Origin: Fibrobacterales bacterium
GTDB lineage: Bacteria > Fibrobacterota > Fibrobacteria > Fibrobacterales > JAOPTW01
Assembly: GCA_051532035.1 (NCBI GenBank)
Contig: JAOPTW010000007.1
Span: 1-21,855, forward strand
Direction: 5' to 3'
Length of the DNA: 21,855 nt
Shown here: positions 1-9,265 of the stretch, one piece after another
How positions within the stretch are numbered: position 1 is the first letter of the stretch
How the letters are laid out: every line of letters begins with the position of its first letter
Notes under the pieces: generated by a model
What the model was told of the DNA's origin: nothing
Database searches by the model: none
What the model saw: the letters and a program-made list of their open reading frames with translations, nothing else
Program-made: the position numbers and the translations under genes

Positions 1-51
1 CAAATTACCAAAGCTCAATGGGGGTGCACGCTTAATTTTCATAAATAGTCT

Positions 52-76
52 AAAAAGCGTACTCAAAGCGTACTCA
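52..76. promoter_or_regulatory. Tandem AGCGTACT operator-like site (second copy at 20417-20441)
   Basis: AAAAAGCGTACTCAAAGCGTACTCA vs AAAAAGCGTACTAATAGCGTTCTTA, 21/25; 11-bp period. Confidence 0.5.
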
Positions 77-161
77 GTTTTAAACCCTATTAAGGGTGTA
101 TGGCGTTGGTCGATTCAATTGGGGGATTGTTAGAATGTATTAATATCCTTAAACAGATATC

Positions 162-231
162 TATAGTGGCTGAACATATGAGACATCTGAAGCCGATAGT
201 ATAGTTAGGTACCTATCATTCTTCCCGACAT
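162..231 (+). repeat. Repeat module C, copy 1 (copy 2 at 14296-14365), possible transposon-end remnant
   Basis: First 24 nt identical (TATAGTGGCTGAACATATGAGACA); 57/70 overall, ungapped. Confidence 0.9.
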
Positions 232-511
232 GTAAATATCCAACAACCTGAGAAACTACATTCTCAATCTGTTCAATCTAAAACCTATCCGACTACTCAA
301 TATTCTAAGCGGAGGCCTTCTGCAGTCAAATCTTCACGGAGGTTAACCCTAGAGTCATGTTCACAGTTTGTGAGCACTTTAATTTCTCACGGCACCATTG
401 ATTTCCCTCTGAATCAGTGATGTGTTATATTTAAAGTACACACCTAACCCCTACACCAGACAGATTAGTGCTGGTGATTTACTTTTAATACACACACACT
501 AGGATGCTCTT

Positions 512-2188
512 ATGCGTTATTTATTATTTATTCCCATTGGGGTCGCTGCCCTAATAACTGGTTGCTTGTCAGATTTTAATGATCCACTGGAGGTTGCACA
601 AAAAAATGATCCTGTTTTTAAAGCGGAGTTAGACTGCTCTCTTGACCCTGATGACCCAAGCTGTGTCGAAGTATTTGAAAATACTGCTGATGATTGTCGG
701 GATGGTCTTGATAATGATCTGAATACTCTTATTGATTGTGACGATCCTGGTTGTGGCAATTTCTCATGGTGCATGTTGGAAGAGAACACCGATACGTTCT
801 GTAGGGATTCAATAGATAATGATGATGACGACTTGATAGATTGTGATGACCCTGGCTGTAGTTCATTTGTTTTTTGCCAGCCACCTTTAGAGAACACGGC
901 TCAGCAGTGTGATGATGGTCTCGATAATGATGAGGATGGTTTGATAGACTGCGATGACCATGACTATTGTGATCAGTTTGTAGTATGTCAAGAAAAACAT
1001 GAAAATACCTTAGCCCAATGCAGTGACGATATAGACAACGACGGGGATGACCTTGTTGATTGTGATGATGATGGATGTAAGGATTTAACGGTCTGTTTAC
1101 TCCTTGAGAACAATGATCTCGTCTGTTCCGATGGTATTGATAATGATGAAAACGGGTTGATTGATTGTAAAGATCCTGGATGTTTTGATTTAGTTGTATG
1201 TGATACGCGGGAGATTACCGTTGCGATGTGTCAGGATGGCATTGATAATGATGATGATGGTGCCATTGATTGCCGCGACCCTGGGTGTCAGAACTATGGG
1301 TTTTGTGATGAATCGAGTAATGAAACCTGCTCTGATGGTATTGATAATGATCTTGATGATGCAATAGATTGTGATGATTCAGGTTGTAAGAGTTTACCGG
1401 TATGTAACCCTCCAGGAAATCGTTTTGCATGTATTCACCCCGACTCTATACCGCAAGATAAGATAGAATTTGAGGTGACCATTTATGACCATGAAACGTT
1501 GAGTAGTTATAAGGATGGTGAGTTTAATCTCACTGCTGGCGAGGGTGCATCGTTGAGTGGTGGTTGTGGTGGAACTCGAACTGATACTTTGCATACGGGG
1601 ATGGTAAGGGATACGCTTGTTGATGGCCTCCCAAAACTTAAAGAGAGCAAATGTTTTAATGCGACCATAGATACGTGGTGGAGTTCTGGTGCTGTCTCTG
1701 TAGACACTATTGAGTTTTCTCATACACAAAATAATGTGTACAACTTTAAAACAGATGAACAGGGATTCTTTCCATTAGATGGCTGTCTTGATGGGGGGAC
1801 CTACGACCCTATGAGCTATACATATACAGTAGGTGAACCTTGTATTACACCAGAAGCAGAGCGAAACTATGGGTTTGCAGTACATCTCCATAGGGAGTTT
1901 ACCTACGTTGCAGAGGGCGCTGAAGATCAGTTTTTTAATTTCTCAGGAGACGACGATGTTTTTGTCTATGTCAACAAGAAGTTAGTATTAGATCTGGGTG
2001 GCGTCCATACGCCTATGGATGGTCATTTTAATCTTAAAGCGGTTGCGGATGCGATGGGATTGGAGACTGGGGAAAGCGTTTCTTTTGACTTCTTTATTGT
2101 TGAGCGTCAAAAGGTTGGTTCTCAGGCGAGTATCTCTATTAATATGCCGTGTATGACTTCTGGACTGATTGAGGTTGATGATGATTAA
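512..2188 (+). CDS. Lipoprotein with 7 Cys/Asp-rich repeats and a C-terminal fibro-slime (PA14-like) domain
   Basis: Lipobox ITG-C; AGGA upstream; 7 repeats of about 35 aa (CxDGxDNDxDGLIDCDDPGC); fibro-slime motifs GFFPLD, NYGFAVH, FSGDDDVFVYVNKKLVLDLGGVH, FDFFIVER. Confidence 0.9.
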   Translation: MRYLLFIPIGVAALITGCLSDFNDPLEVAQKNDPVFKAELDCSLDPDDPSCVEVFENTADDCRDGLDNDLNTLIDCDDPGCGNFSWCMLEENTDTFCRDSIDNDDDDLIDCDDPGCSSFVFCQPPLENTAQQCDDGLDNDEDGLIDCDDHDYCDQFVVCQEKHENTLAQCSDDIDNDGDDLVDCDDDGCKDLTVCLLLENNDLVCSDGIDNDENGLIDCKDPGCFDLVVCDTREITVAMCQDGIDNDDDGAIDCRDPGCQNYGFCDESSNETCSDGIDNDLDDAIDCDDSGCKSLPVCNPPGNRFACIHPDSIPQDKIEFEVTIYDHETLSSYKDGEFNLTAGEGASLSGGCGGTRTDTLHTGMVRDTLVDGLPKLKESKCFNATIDTWWSSGAVSVDTIEFSHTQNNVYNFKTDEQGFFPLDGCLDGGTYDPMSYTYTVGEPCITPEAERNYGFAVHLHREFTYVAEGAEDQFFNFSGDDDVFVYVNKKLVLDLGGVHTPMDGHFNLKAVADAMGLETGESVSFDFFIVERQKVGSQASISINMPCMTSGLIEVDDD

Positions 2189-2217
2189 GATGTGATTTAT
2201 TAAAGAGTATCTATTAG

Positions 2218-2242
2218 AAAGCAGTCTTGTGGGCTGCTTTTT
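2218..2242 (+). terminator. Intrinsic terminator of the fibro-slime gene
   Basis: AAAGCAGTC...GGCTGCTTTTT hairpin with T tail, about 30 nt after the stop. A second hairpin GCCCGT-GTTT-ACGGGT plus T-run follows at 2255-2278. Confidence 0.75.
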
Positions 2243-2480
2243 GCCACTATAATTGCCCGTGTTTACGGGTTCTTTTTTATCTCATCACCCACAAAAAAGG
2301 TCTCAATTTTACCTCAGTCTGAAAGGGGTACCGATACCTCACAATATGGGGTGGTGTGTAAGATTGTTTTTCTTGACTTCTCACTTCTGAATCTTACAGT
2401 GCTCTCTGCATAGGTAACCTATTTTCATATGGCTCTGTAACAAACATCTATAGAGGATCTACCCTTGTCTAGCTTCCGCC

Positions 2481-2515
2481 AAAAGCAGTCCCCACCATAG
2501 ATGGTGGGGGGGACT
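2481..2515 (-). terminator. Probable terminator of the GLUG-type gene
   Basis: CCCCACCAT-AG-ATGGTGGGG GC-rich inverted repeat, followed on the minus strand by GCTTTT. Confidence 0.55.
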
Positions 2516-2580
2516 CCATGCATATTTGCACAGTGTCCTCATATATTTTCCGTACCCTCCTGTTACCATTCAACCATCAA

Positions 2581-5500
2581 CTACTCACTAAATCTAATAA
2601 GCATTAAACCACGGGATATATTTTCTGGTAAAACAATCGCACCATTTTCAATCACTCCTCCTTTATAAAGCACTACCCCATGTACGGAGTAAAGTGTGTA
2701 TGAACGCGCGTGTTCCGGTATCTTTAATTGAATGGATCCACTTACCATATTGATGAGTTGTGCTGAGGCTGCACCTCTGAATCGTTCAGTCTCATAGAGT
2801 GGCGCAATAGGTGTTGAAGAGCTGAGGCCCACCATATCATTATTCGATGAAAGAGCTAATAATTGACTTGATGAACTGACTGGTAGGGCATCTACTAATT
2901 CACTGGAGCTGAGTGCAGTGCTAGAAATTAACACTTCGGAGCTTTGAAAAGAGGACTCAAAGGAACTCATTGCAGAGGAATTGTACGAGCTTGAAATTAA
3001 TGAAACATCCGATGAACTATAGTCTATTGAACTCTCTGAATTTTCTGAGCTCACCATTTCAGAACTTGAACTCAGGGGGATTTCAGAAAAATAGATCGTC
3101 AATAGTAGTGCTTGCTGAACCGACAGTGTTCTGCTATACACTCCAGGTTGAACGGTCACGTCAAGTGGAATAATGAGCCCATTAACGAGTGCAGAATCGA
3201 GTAAATATCCAAGAGCAGTAGTAACGGTAAAAGTAACTGAATCACCATGGTTGGCTACTGACTTATCTACCGTAATAGTTCCATTACCTGAAGCAATGAA
3301 ATAATCAAGGGTATATTGCTTGATACTAAAGAGTGCAGTGATGGTAGAATCGTAAATGACACTATCCAAAGCAAACTTAATTTCATTTGAAAGGAGGGTA
3401 GAGCCGTCGGTAAACCACCCATCAAACTGGTAGCCAACTTCGGGGGAGGCAGTCACACTATCAGTTCCTGCGCCATATTTAATATTTGTTATGCTTATTA
3501 CATCGACAGAGCCATGGTCTCCTGCCACAAAAGTCACTGTTGAGTGTATCAACTGGGTTGAGGCATGCAACCGAGTATACTCTTTTACATTTGAGACCGT
3601 AACGGGATTATCTTCACTAATGACCGCACCTGTACTATCAAGCCATGAGGCAAACTCATACCCTTCAATCATTGTTGCTTCAACGGGGCTGGCGTCTGAC
3701 CCATAATTAACATGCTGGCTATCTATTCCCGTTATAGAGCTCTGTGTATCGGCATAAAAGGTGACCTTGTTATACGTAGTACCAAACTGAGCGGTATAGG
3801 TTGCAGCCTCCTGAATGTTGGTTAACGAGAGAGTGGTATCATAGGTAACAACTGCACCATCACTATCGAGCCATTTTATAAAATAACACCCTTCATTTGG
3901 TCTCGCTGTTACAATTCCCGCATCATTCCCTTGCTGAACCTTTTGGGTTGTTGCCCCAAAAATGGCGCCATACTCTGCAACGGTAAATGCTACATCATAT
4001 CCGTTGAGTTGCCACTGTAGATAGGGGCGAACTTCGCTATCGATTTCTGCAATGGTTCCCATTTGCCAGGTGTCGTTAAAATTAAAGTTAGGAAAACTAT
4101 CGCTCACCAAAAACTCTGCCGTGGCTAATTGTCTTACATCAGCAGATTCATTTTGTGAAGCAATGGTTATTGAATTTTCAATAGTTGAATCTACATAGGA
4201 AAAGGTAATAATTGCATTGTCTGCACCAGGGGACCGGTAACTAGAGTTCATACCGGCCAAACTCCCCACAAAAGAGCTTGCAACAATACTACTCACCTGA
4301 CCTACAGAATAACTATTAGAAAGAGATGAGCCATAGTTAAATCCGATAAACCCTCCGGTTCGGGTTGCATCACTGACTATACTCATAGAGTAACAATCGG
4401 TAATAGTCGAAGTTATGGCCGTACCAATTAATCCTCCTACCGAATACCCGCTTTCGGAAACGACTGTTCCGGTAGAGAAGCTCGTCTCAACCGTTCCATT
4501 TTTTATCAATCCAACGAGTGCACCAACATAAAAACCACCAGTTATATGAGCATTTTCAATACCAATATCTTTAAGTGTTCCGTCCTCAACATATCCAAAT
4601 AAACCTGTTTCATATTTTTCAGGCTGGCTTATAAATAGATTCTCTATCACATGGCCTGCACCATCAAAACTTCCGGTAAAGGGGACTCTCACATTATTTA
4701 TTGAGTAGTCTTGTTCACCAATAGGGCGAAACCCAACCACAGCATTAGTATCATCAACCCAAGTTGCCGTTTCAGATGCATCAATGTCATCCACTAATAC
4801 AAAATGCTTATCCCATAAATTAGGGAGATTGCTCAATCTTTTCAATTGCGTTATACTCGATAGCTGGTATGGATTATTTGAAGTGCCCTCGCCACCATCA
4901 AATTGCGGGTCTTCTGTAAAAAGCCCCATAATGGTAATATCGTGGGAGTCGGTAAACTCAAAAGTATAAGAACTATCAGTCGATACGACCGCGCCACTCT
5001 TTTTCCACTCTACAAATCGGTATCCATAATCTGGAACTGCGGTCAGAGTAACCATGTCACCACTGTTATATGAGCCCGCTCCCTGGAGCGTTCCTCCCAG
5101 TCTACTGATTGCATACATTGAAACAAAATAGTCGTTTTTATGTGCCTGTAAATAGGGGCGAGTGTGGGCATCAATAGCAGGATTAACCCCCTGCTCCCAA
5201 ACGGAATCAAAATCCCAATCTACAAAAGTACTTTGTGCAGCAAACTCGAGAGTTGTTTTACCAAAAACCATACCCACTTCATTACCATACCCCACTCCCG
5301 TTGTAGTATTCGCACCTTCAGAGTCGTAATAGTTGTCTGAAATTTCGGATGATGATGAAGCATTCTCTCCTATAAAGCCACCATAATTACTTCCTGCATG
5401 GGTAACCTCTCCAGCGGCATAGTTCTTATTAATGGTGGAATTGGTACAATATCCTATGAGCCCTCCAACATCTCTATCTGTAACAACAATGGCGCCGGTC

Positions 5501-6225
5501 GAAAAATTGTTTTGAACCACAGTACCTTCGCTCGACCCTAAAAGCCCTCCTGCAAATAGAACTCCATTTACAATACTTAATGAGTAATTCATTTCAACGG
5601 TAGATTCCTTAGCTATGCCAGCGACCCCACCAACATAACGATTCCCCGTAACCGTCCCTGTGGTTCTATTATAGTGTACTGTTGACCAATTACTCGAACC
5701 AATCAAACCACCTACTCTGCCATAGTTTCCGGACGTTATTCCTGTGAGAGTAGCTGATACCGTATTATTCACAATTTGAGAGTAATTACTGTACCCAATA
5801 AGGCCACCTAATACATAGTCTCCGGTTATAATTACATCCTTAAGATTAAGGTTCGTTATCGCAGCACCATCAGTATACCCGAAAAAGCCAAGAGTATCTT
5901 TCCCACTTCTATCGATAGTCACATTTGCAATAGTAAACCCCTGCCCATCAAACGACCCAGTAAAGTGTGTCCCAGCGTTTCCTATTGGGTCCATACCAGT
6001 ATTAGAATTCCAGCTCGAAGAGGTGGATGCATCAATGTCGCCTCCAAGTAACCAGTCTTCTCCCCATACATCTGAGTGATCAGAAAGCCACTGTAAGTCT
6101 CCAATGGTCATGACAGTACCACCACTTCCATCGACCCAATCAGTAGGTGGTGGGTTGTAGTAACTAAAAAGCGTTGATGCCATTAGGGCGAACATAATGA
6201 AATGAATTTTAGATAAATGGAGCAT
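2581..6225 (-). CDS. Secreted GLUG-motif protein: two beta-helix-like modules, InlB-B/Flg_new-like repeats, Ser-rich linker, T9SS-CTD-like tail
   Basis: Signal peptide; GAGGA RBS; FTGSFDGxG(F/H)xIxN twice; many VGGLIG motifs; repeats such as VTLTAVPDYGYRFVEW; Ser-rich tract; C-terminal YTLYSVHG...GLMLIRF. Confidence 0.88.
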   Translation of the reverse strand: MLHLSKIHFIMFALMASTLFSYYNPPPTDWVDGSGGTVMTIGDLQWLSDHSDVWGEDWLLGGDIDASTSSSWNSNTGMDPIGNAGTHFTGSFDGQGFTIANVTIDRSGKDTLGFFGYTDGAAITNLNLKDVIITGDYVLGGLIGYSNYSQIVNNTVSATLTGITSGNYGRVGGLIGSSNWSTVHYNRTTGTVTGNRYVGGVAGIAKESTVEMNYSLSIVNGVLFAGGLLGSSEGTVVQNNFSTGAIVVTDRDVGGLIGYCTNSTINKNYAAGEVTHAGSNYGGFIGENASSSSEISDNYYDSEGANTTTGVGYGNEVGMVFGKTTLEFAAQSTFVDWDFDSVWEQGVNPAIDAHTRPYLQAHKNDYFVSMYAISRLGGTLQGAGSYNSGDMVTLTAVPDYGYRFVEWKKSGAVVSTDSSYTFEFTDSHDITIMGLFTEDPQFDGGEGTSNNPYQLSSITQLKRLSNLPNLWDKHFVLVDDIDASETATWVDDTNAVVGFRPIGEQDYSINNVRVPFTGSFDGAGHVIENLFISQPEKYETGLFGYVEDGTLKDIGIENAHITGGFYVGALVGLIKNGTVETSFSTGTVVSESGYSVGGLIGTAITSTITDCYSMSIVSDATRTGGFIGFNYGSSLSNSYSVGQVSSIVASSFVGSLAGMNSSYRSPGADNAIITFSYVDSTIENSITIASQNESADVRQLATAEFLVSDSFPNFNFNDTWQMGTIAEIDSEVRPYLQWQLNGYDVAFTVAEYGAIFGATTQKVQQGNDAGIVTARPNEGCYFIKWLDSDGAVVTYDTTLSLTNIQEAATYTAQFGTTYNKVTFYADTQSSITGIDSQHVNYGSDASPVEATMIEGYEFASWLDSTGAVISEDNPVTVSNVKEYTRLHASTQLIHSTVTFVAGDHGSVDVISITNIKYGAGTDSVTASPEVGYQFDGWFTDGSTLLSNEIKFALDSVIYDSTITALFSIKQYTLDYFIASGNGTITVDKSVANHGDSVTFTVTTALGYLLDSALVNGLIIPLDVTVQPGVYSRTLSVQQALLLTIYFSEIPLSSSSEMVSSENSESSIDYSSSDVSLISSSYNSSAMSSFESSFQSSEVLISSTALSSSELVDALPVSSSSQLLALSSNNDMVGLSSSTPIAPLYETERFRGAASAQLINMVSGSIQLKIPEHARSYTLYSVHGVVLYKGGVIENGAIVLPENISRGLMLIRFSE

Positions 6226-6610
6226 GGTTCCTCATTTGAGTATTGTAACTCTACTGTAAATAGGGGTTTTCGTTGAGGTTACAATAATAGCTATATCTGA
6301 TATTCAGTGTTCCTCCATCTTTTAATCCACACTGAGGTGGTACTCTGGTCACGAGTAAAACGGTTTCAGATTGAGTGATATAGGGCGAAAAGGGCAAATA
6401 AGACTCTCAATTACAAATGTGTACTATTACGGGTTCGTTTTGAGTGGGACTTTAAAATGCATGGGGGCATTAAAATAGTTGTATTTAATAGTGTGATATC
6501 CTGGTCTCTGATAACACGACTCTCATTGTTGTTTTACGATCGAGCTTTGCAGAGATCTGAATTGTCCCGAGTTCTTATGCTCTAGGGGATAGTATATTAC
6601 TGTTTGTAAT

Positions 6611-6769
6611 ATGGTTATTGTTAAAGCATTGTTGAAGCAACTAGAGCCTATTTCAAATGGATATACAATGAATGATAAGGCTGAAATGGGTGAATCTATG
6701 GCCCTTGGACTTTGTCATCAGTTTGATCGAGTGAAGTCTTGTATGCATCTCTATAGTGGTATCTTTTGA
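6611..6769 (+). other. Short 52-aa ORF or gene fragment ending inside repeat module A
   Basis: Hand translation MVIVKALLKQ...KSC-MHLYSGIF*; the last 8 codons and the stop lie in the 6743-6815 repeat. Confidence 0.25.
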
Positions 6770-6815
6770 GAATGGCGATAGTTTAATCTGAATGAGCAAT
6801 CAGAGCTAGGGAAGG
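6743..6815 (+). repeat. Repeat module A, copy 1 (copy 2 at 8082-8154)
   Basis: Ungapped 73-nt direct repeat, 68/73 identical by eye (ATGC.TCTCTAT...GAGAATGGCGATAGTTTAATC...CTAGGGAAGG). Confidence 0.95.
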
Positions 6816-6882
6816 GTACTGCTTCACTGGGAATTAGCTAGATTATTTGTTATTAATTCAGGCCCTGTAGAATAAGAGTTAT
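6812..6882 (+). repeat. Repeat module B, copy 1 (copy 2 at 18482-18552), ending in an attC-R'-like GTTAT
   Basis: Ungapped 71-nt repeat, 58/71 identical (AAGGGTACTGCTTCA...AATAAGAGTTAT). Confidence 0.92.
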
Positions 6883-6909
6883 AATTGCTAAAATGAGATT
6901 TTCTTAAGT

Positions 6910-7182
6910 ATGAAATATATATCACCTCTTATACAAATTATTGGAATAATTACGTTTCTTATGATCATTAATATTGGTGAGTTCTCTACTACAGCAGGCA
7001 GAATAGTCTTTGGATTATTAGCAGTTGGGTTTATTTATTTATCATATATGCACAAGAAATCATTTAATGATCTTTTTGATCACTATCTCGAACTCCTCCC
7101 AGAAGATCAGAATGTGTTTTTGTCCAAAGTATCAAAAAAAACTCGGGATAAAATCCTAAAGAAATTGAAAAAATTAGGGTAA
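6910..7182 (+). CDS. Small membrane protein (2 TM plus basic tail), putative gene cassette
   Basis: 90-aa ORF with two hydrophobic segments, flanked by GTTATAATT (6878-6886) and AATTATAAC (7196-7204). Confidence 0.75.
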   Translation: MKYISPLIQIIGIITFLMIINIGEFSTTAGRIVFGLLAVGFIYLSYMHKKSFNDLFDHYLELLPEDQNVFLSKVSKKTRDKILKKLKKLG

Positions 7183-7199
7183 CCAATTCGTATGTAATT

Positions 7200-7247
7200 A
7201 TAACACCTATATGCTCCCCCACGAGTCAATTAACAATCATGGATTCA
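7200..7247 (+). repeat. Repeat module E (related copies at 9140-9172 and 21261-21306), attC-R''-like start
   Basis: Consensus TAACAYCTRYATGYTCCCCC..AGTC...TAAC shared among three loci. Confidence 0.75.
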
Positions 7248-7279
7248 GCTCAAATTGTTTTGCTTGACTTCTCACATTA

Positions 7280-7313
7280 TAAAAAGGACATTTACTAACA
7301 GATGTCCTTTTTA
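7280..7313. terminator. Bidirectional terminator-like hairpin
   Basis: AAAAAGGACATTT-loop-AGATGTCCTTTTT. Confidence 0.7.
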
Positions 7314-7384
7314 GAGTAAATGGAGATTCTCTCTATTACCGCTAAATGTGGTTGAGTTAAAAGATGTTTTACAGAGGAAATATA

Positions 7385-7663
7385 ATGTGGATTGGTAGAA
7401 AGTTTTTTTATTTGGTTACAGGCCTCTTATATCTTACGTCAGGGGGCTCTCAATTTATTTATAAGAATGTACCTGGATTTATTTATTCGAGTGTAGGATT
7501 AGAAACTCAAGCCAAGGGCATTGCCATGGTACTTGTTGGTGCTCTAATGCTCTTTATTGTGAGGCCTAAGATTGATGATGGGGATATTGTTTTCTTAGAT
7601 GTTGTACTTATGGTGTTTCCAGCATTTGCTCTTGAAGTTATAATGCATCATATGTTTAGTTAG
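7385..7663 (+). CDS. Small 3-TM membrane protein
   Basis: Hydrophobic ORF; AGAGGA RBS favours ATG 7385 over 7364. Confidence 0.65.
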   Translation: MWIGRKFFYLVTGLLYLTSGGSQFIYKNVPGFIYSSVGLETQAKGIAMVLVGALMLFIVRPKIDDGDIVFLDVVLMVFPAFALEVIMHHMFS

Positions 7664-7715
7664 CTATCACCACTGGTTTACCTTACCCAAAACGTTATTT
7701 ACAGGTTTATTCAAA

Positions 7716-8108
7716 CTTTCTTCGAGTTCTAATAAAGAATCATCGTCTGTATTTGTATTGGGGGAGGTCCGGCCTCTTTCTCCGGCATTGGGTGAGATAG
7801 TTTCAGATACTTTTCTTACCGTAGAATGGAGTGGGGTAGAGGCGAGTGCTATTGTATTGTTACTGGATACGGTAAATCCTCCGGTTGTGCGTAAAAGAGC
7901 ATATGAAGGCAATGCATCTGTTAAAAATATTGAATGGGGTAAAAGCTATTATTGGCAGGTTGAGGAGTGGTAGGGAGAGGATACTCTGCGGAGTGATGTC
8001 TTTAGTTTTAAGGTGGGTGAGGAGCCGGTTCAGGGTGTGTGTGATATCCTCAATAATGTGTATTACAAAGGAGGCGCTATAATGCCTCTCTATGGTAGTA
8101 TCTTTTGA
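7716..8108 (+). pseudogene. Fragment of a secreted protein with a Ser-rich linker and FN3/Ig-like domain; in-frame TAG at 7971-7973
   Basis: SSSSNKESSS...VEWSG...LDTVNPP...WGKSYYWQVEEW*GEDTLRSDVFSFKV continues in frame past the stop; no signal peptide; runs into module A at 8082. Confidence 0.7.
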
Positions 8109-8154
8109 GAATGGCGATAGTTTAATCAGAATGAGCAATCAGTGCTAGGGAAGG
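8082..8154 (+). repeat. Repeat module A, copy 2
   Basis: 68/73 match to 6743-6815. Confidence 0.95.
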
Positions 8155-8179
8155 TGTCTCAAATGAGTGGCCACTATAG
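8155..8179 (-). mobile_element. TIR-like motif (module C core, inverted)
   Basis: Reverse complement CTATAGTGGCcactCATtTGAGACA matches CTATAGTGGCtgaaCATaTGAGACA at 161-185. Confidence 0.5.
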
Positions 8180-8284
8180 ACACACAAGTAACAATTATTT
8201 ATCACCAAATAACCATGAAGAAAAGTACTTTTTAAAAAAAACAACTGTCTAGTGAGGCAGGGTCACATCAAACTTGGACTACAA

Positions 8285-8695
8285 ATGAAACTCTTTCTTT
8301 TTTGCATTACATTTCTTTTCTTTAGCTGTATTCAGCCTACTTCGAACAATAATCAAGATAAGATTCAAATCTTATCTATTTCTCCCAATACTCTTTATAT
8401 TCAAGATTCTACTGAGATAACCATTCAGCTCTCTTACAATGTAGGTTCAGCAGTAGAATCAGTTATGATATTTGCAGAAGCTGATTTCACATCCCCTGGC
8501 TCAGAAGACATACTCGCTGTAAAATTTAGCGATAAATCGAATGATACGATTGAATTAAAAGGTATTGCTTATATTCCAGAATCAAATACAAGTTCTAACC
8601 TTGACTTAACAATAAGTGTTTCGGAATCACCTGAAAGCTTAAGAGGCTTCACAACACTAGGATCTGAAATTCACAAATTGAAAGTAATAAGATAG
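8285..8695 (+). CDS. Lipoprotein with an Ig-like beta-rich domain
   Basis: MKLFLFCITFLFFS-C lipobox when started at ATG 8285; GGA upstream. Confidence 0.8.
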   Translation: MKLFLFCITFLFFSCIQPTSNNNQDKIQILSISPNTLYIQDSTEITIQLSYNVGSAVESVMIFAEADFTSPGSEDILAVKFSDKSNDTIELKGIAYIPESNTSSNLDLTISVSESPESLRGFTTLGSEIHKLKVIR

Positions 8696-8714
8696 ACTCC
8701 ATAGGAAACGCTCA

Positions 8715-8835
8715 AGTTAACAAATAGTATATAGAGTCGGCAATTGCTAATACTCACTAAAGAGATAGCCTCGGTCCGCTCAAACATATTTATTTTTCGT
8801 CTAACACTCCCTTCTGCGCAACTAAGCTGTTAGCA
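8715..8835 (+). mobile_element. Degenerate attC-like site
   Basis: AGTTAAC about 20 nt after a stop codon and GTTAGCA before the next ORF; 121 bp; partial arm pairing (TAGT/ACTA). Confidence 0.5.
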
Positions 8836-8879
8836 TTCTAAAAAAGAAAGTTTATTGCCCAAAAAATTAGAGAATCCAA

Positions 8880-9119
8880 ATGGCAGAAGCGATCCTAGAA
8901 GTATTCCTTCACATATTTTGTTATTGGACTGGCAAACTGTTGATTCCTGTTGTTAGTGGTTATCAGTGTTTTGCCGCTCCGTTTGAAAAACAATTTAAAC
9001 TCGGAAAGCTTTTAATTAAGAGAGATAACAAGTATTTTTTTGAATCAACGTTAGTGATATTTCTTGGTTTTATATTTTGGGGAATAGTCGCTTATATTGT
9101 TTGGGCCTTAAATAGATAG
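8880..9119 (+). CDS. Small membrane protein, putative gene cassette
   Basis: 79 aa with two hydrophobic segments, flanked by GTTAGCA (8829-8835) and TGCTAAC (9138-9144). Confidence 0.75.
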   Translation: MAEAILEVFLHIFCYWTGKLLIPVVSGYQCFAAPFEKQFKLGKLLIKRDNKYFFESTLVIFLGFIFWGIVAYIVWALNR

Positions 9120-9137
9120 CTGGTAATTTTTTGGAAC

Positions 9138-9246
9138 TGCTAACATCTGCATGTTCCCCCAAGTCCTGTAACCTATCCTGCTATGGCTATGCAGAATCAT
9201 CTATAGAGGAAATGCCCTGGAAACACTAGAATGAGACTTGTTATGA
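9138..9246 (+). mobile_element. attC-like (possibly chimeric) site
   Basis: TGCTAAC-5nt-CAT(G)T ... AATG-6nt-GTTATGA gives canonical R''/L'' and L'/R' spacing; interior pairing is poor. Confidence 0.45.
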
Positions 9247-9265
9247 ACTACAAAGAGGGTCTTTA

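Noticed and set aside
1..42. Possible start of a minus-strand gene (MKIKRAPPLSFGNL...) leaving the window
   Set aside because: Only 14 codons are visible and there is no clear RBS, so it cannot be supported.
186..210. CTGAAGCCGATAGTATAGTTAGG resembles the 3' part of an FMN riboswitch
   Set aside because: The 5' FMN motifs are absent, and the second copy at 14320 does not keep the resemblance.
517..4969. Antisense or overlapping ORFs inside the fibro-slime and GLUG genes
   Set aside because: Shadow ORFs of repetitive coding sequence, with no motifs.
6743..8154. DGR template/variable repeat pair (modules A, B or C)
   Set aside because: No reverse transcriptase in the window. The five module A mismatches each involve an A, but split between both copies rather than confined to one template, and B and C include non-A changes.
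162..8178. Intact composite transposon bounded by module C ends
   Set aside because: No target-site duplication and no transposase; kept only as a TIR-like motif finding.
6743..9246. CRISPR array
   Set aside because: The repeats differ in length and sequence, are irregularly spaced, and no cas genes are present.
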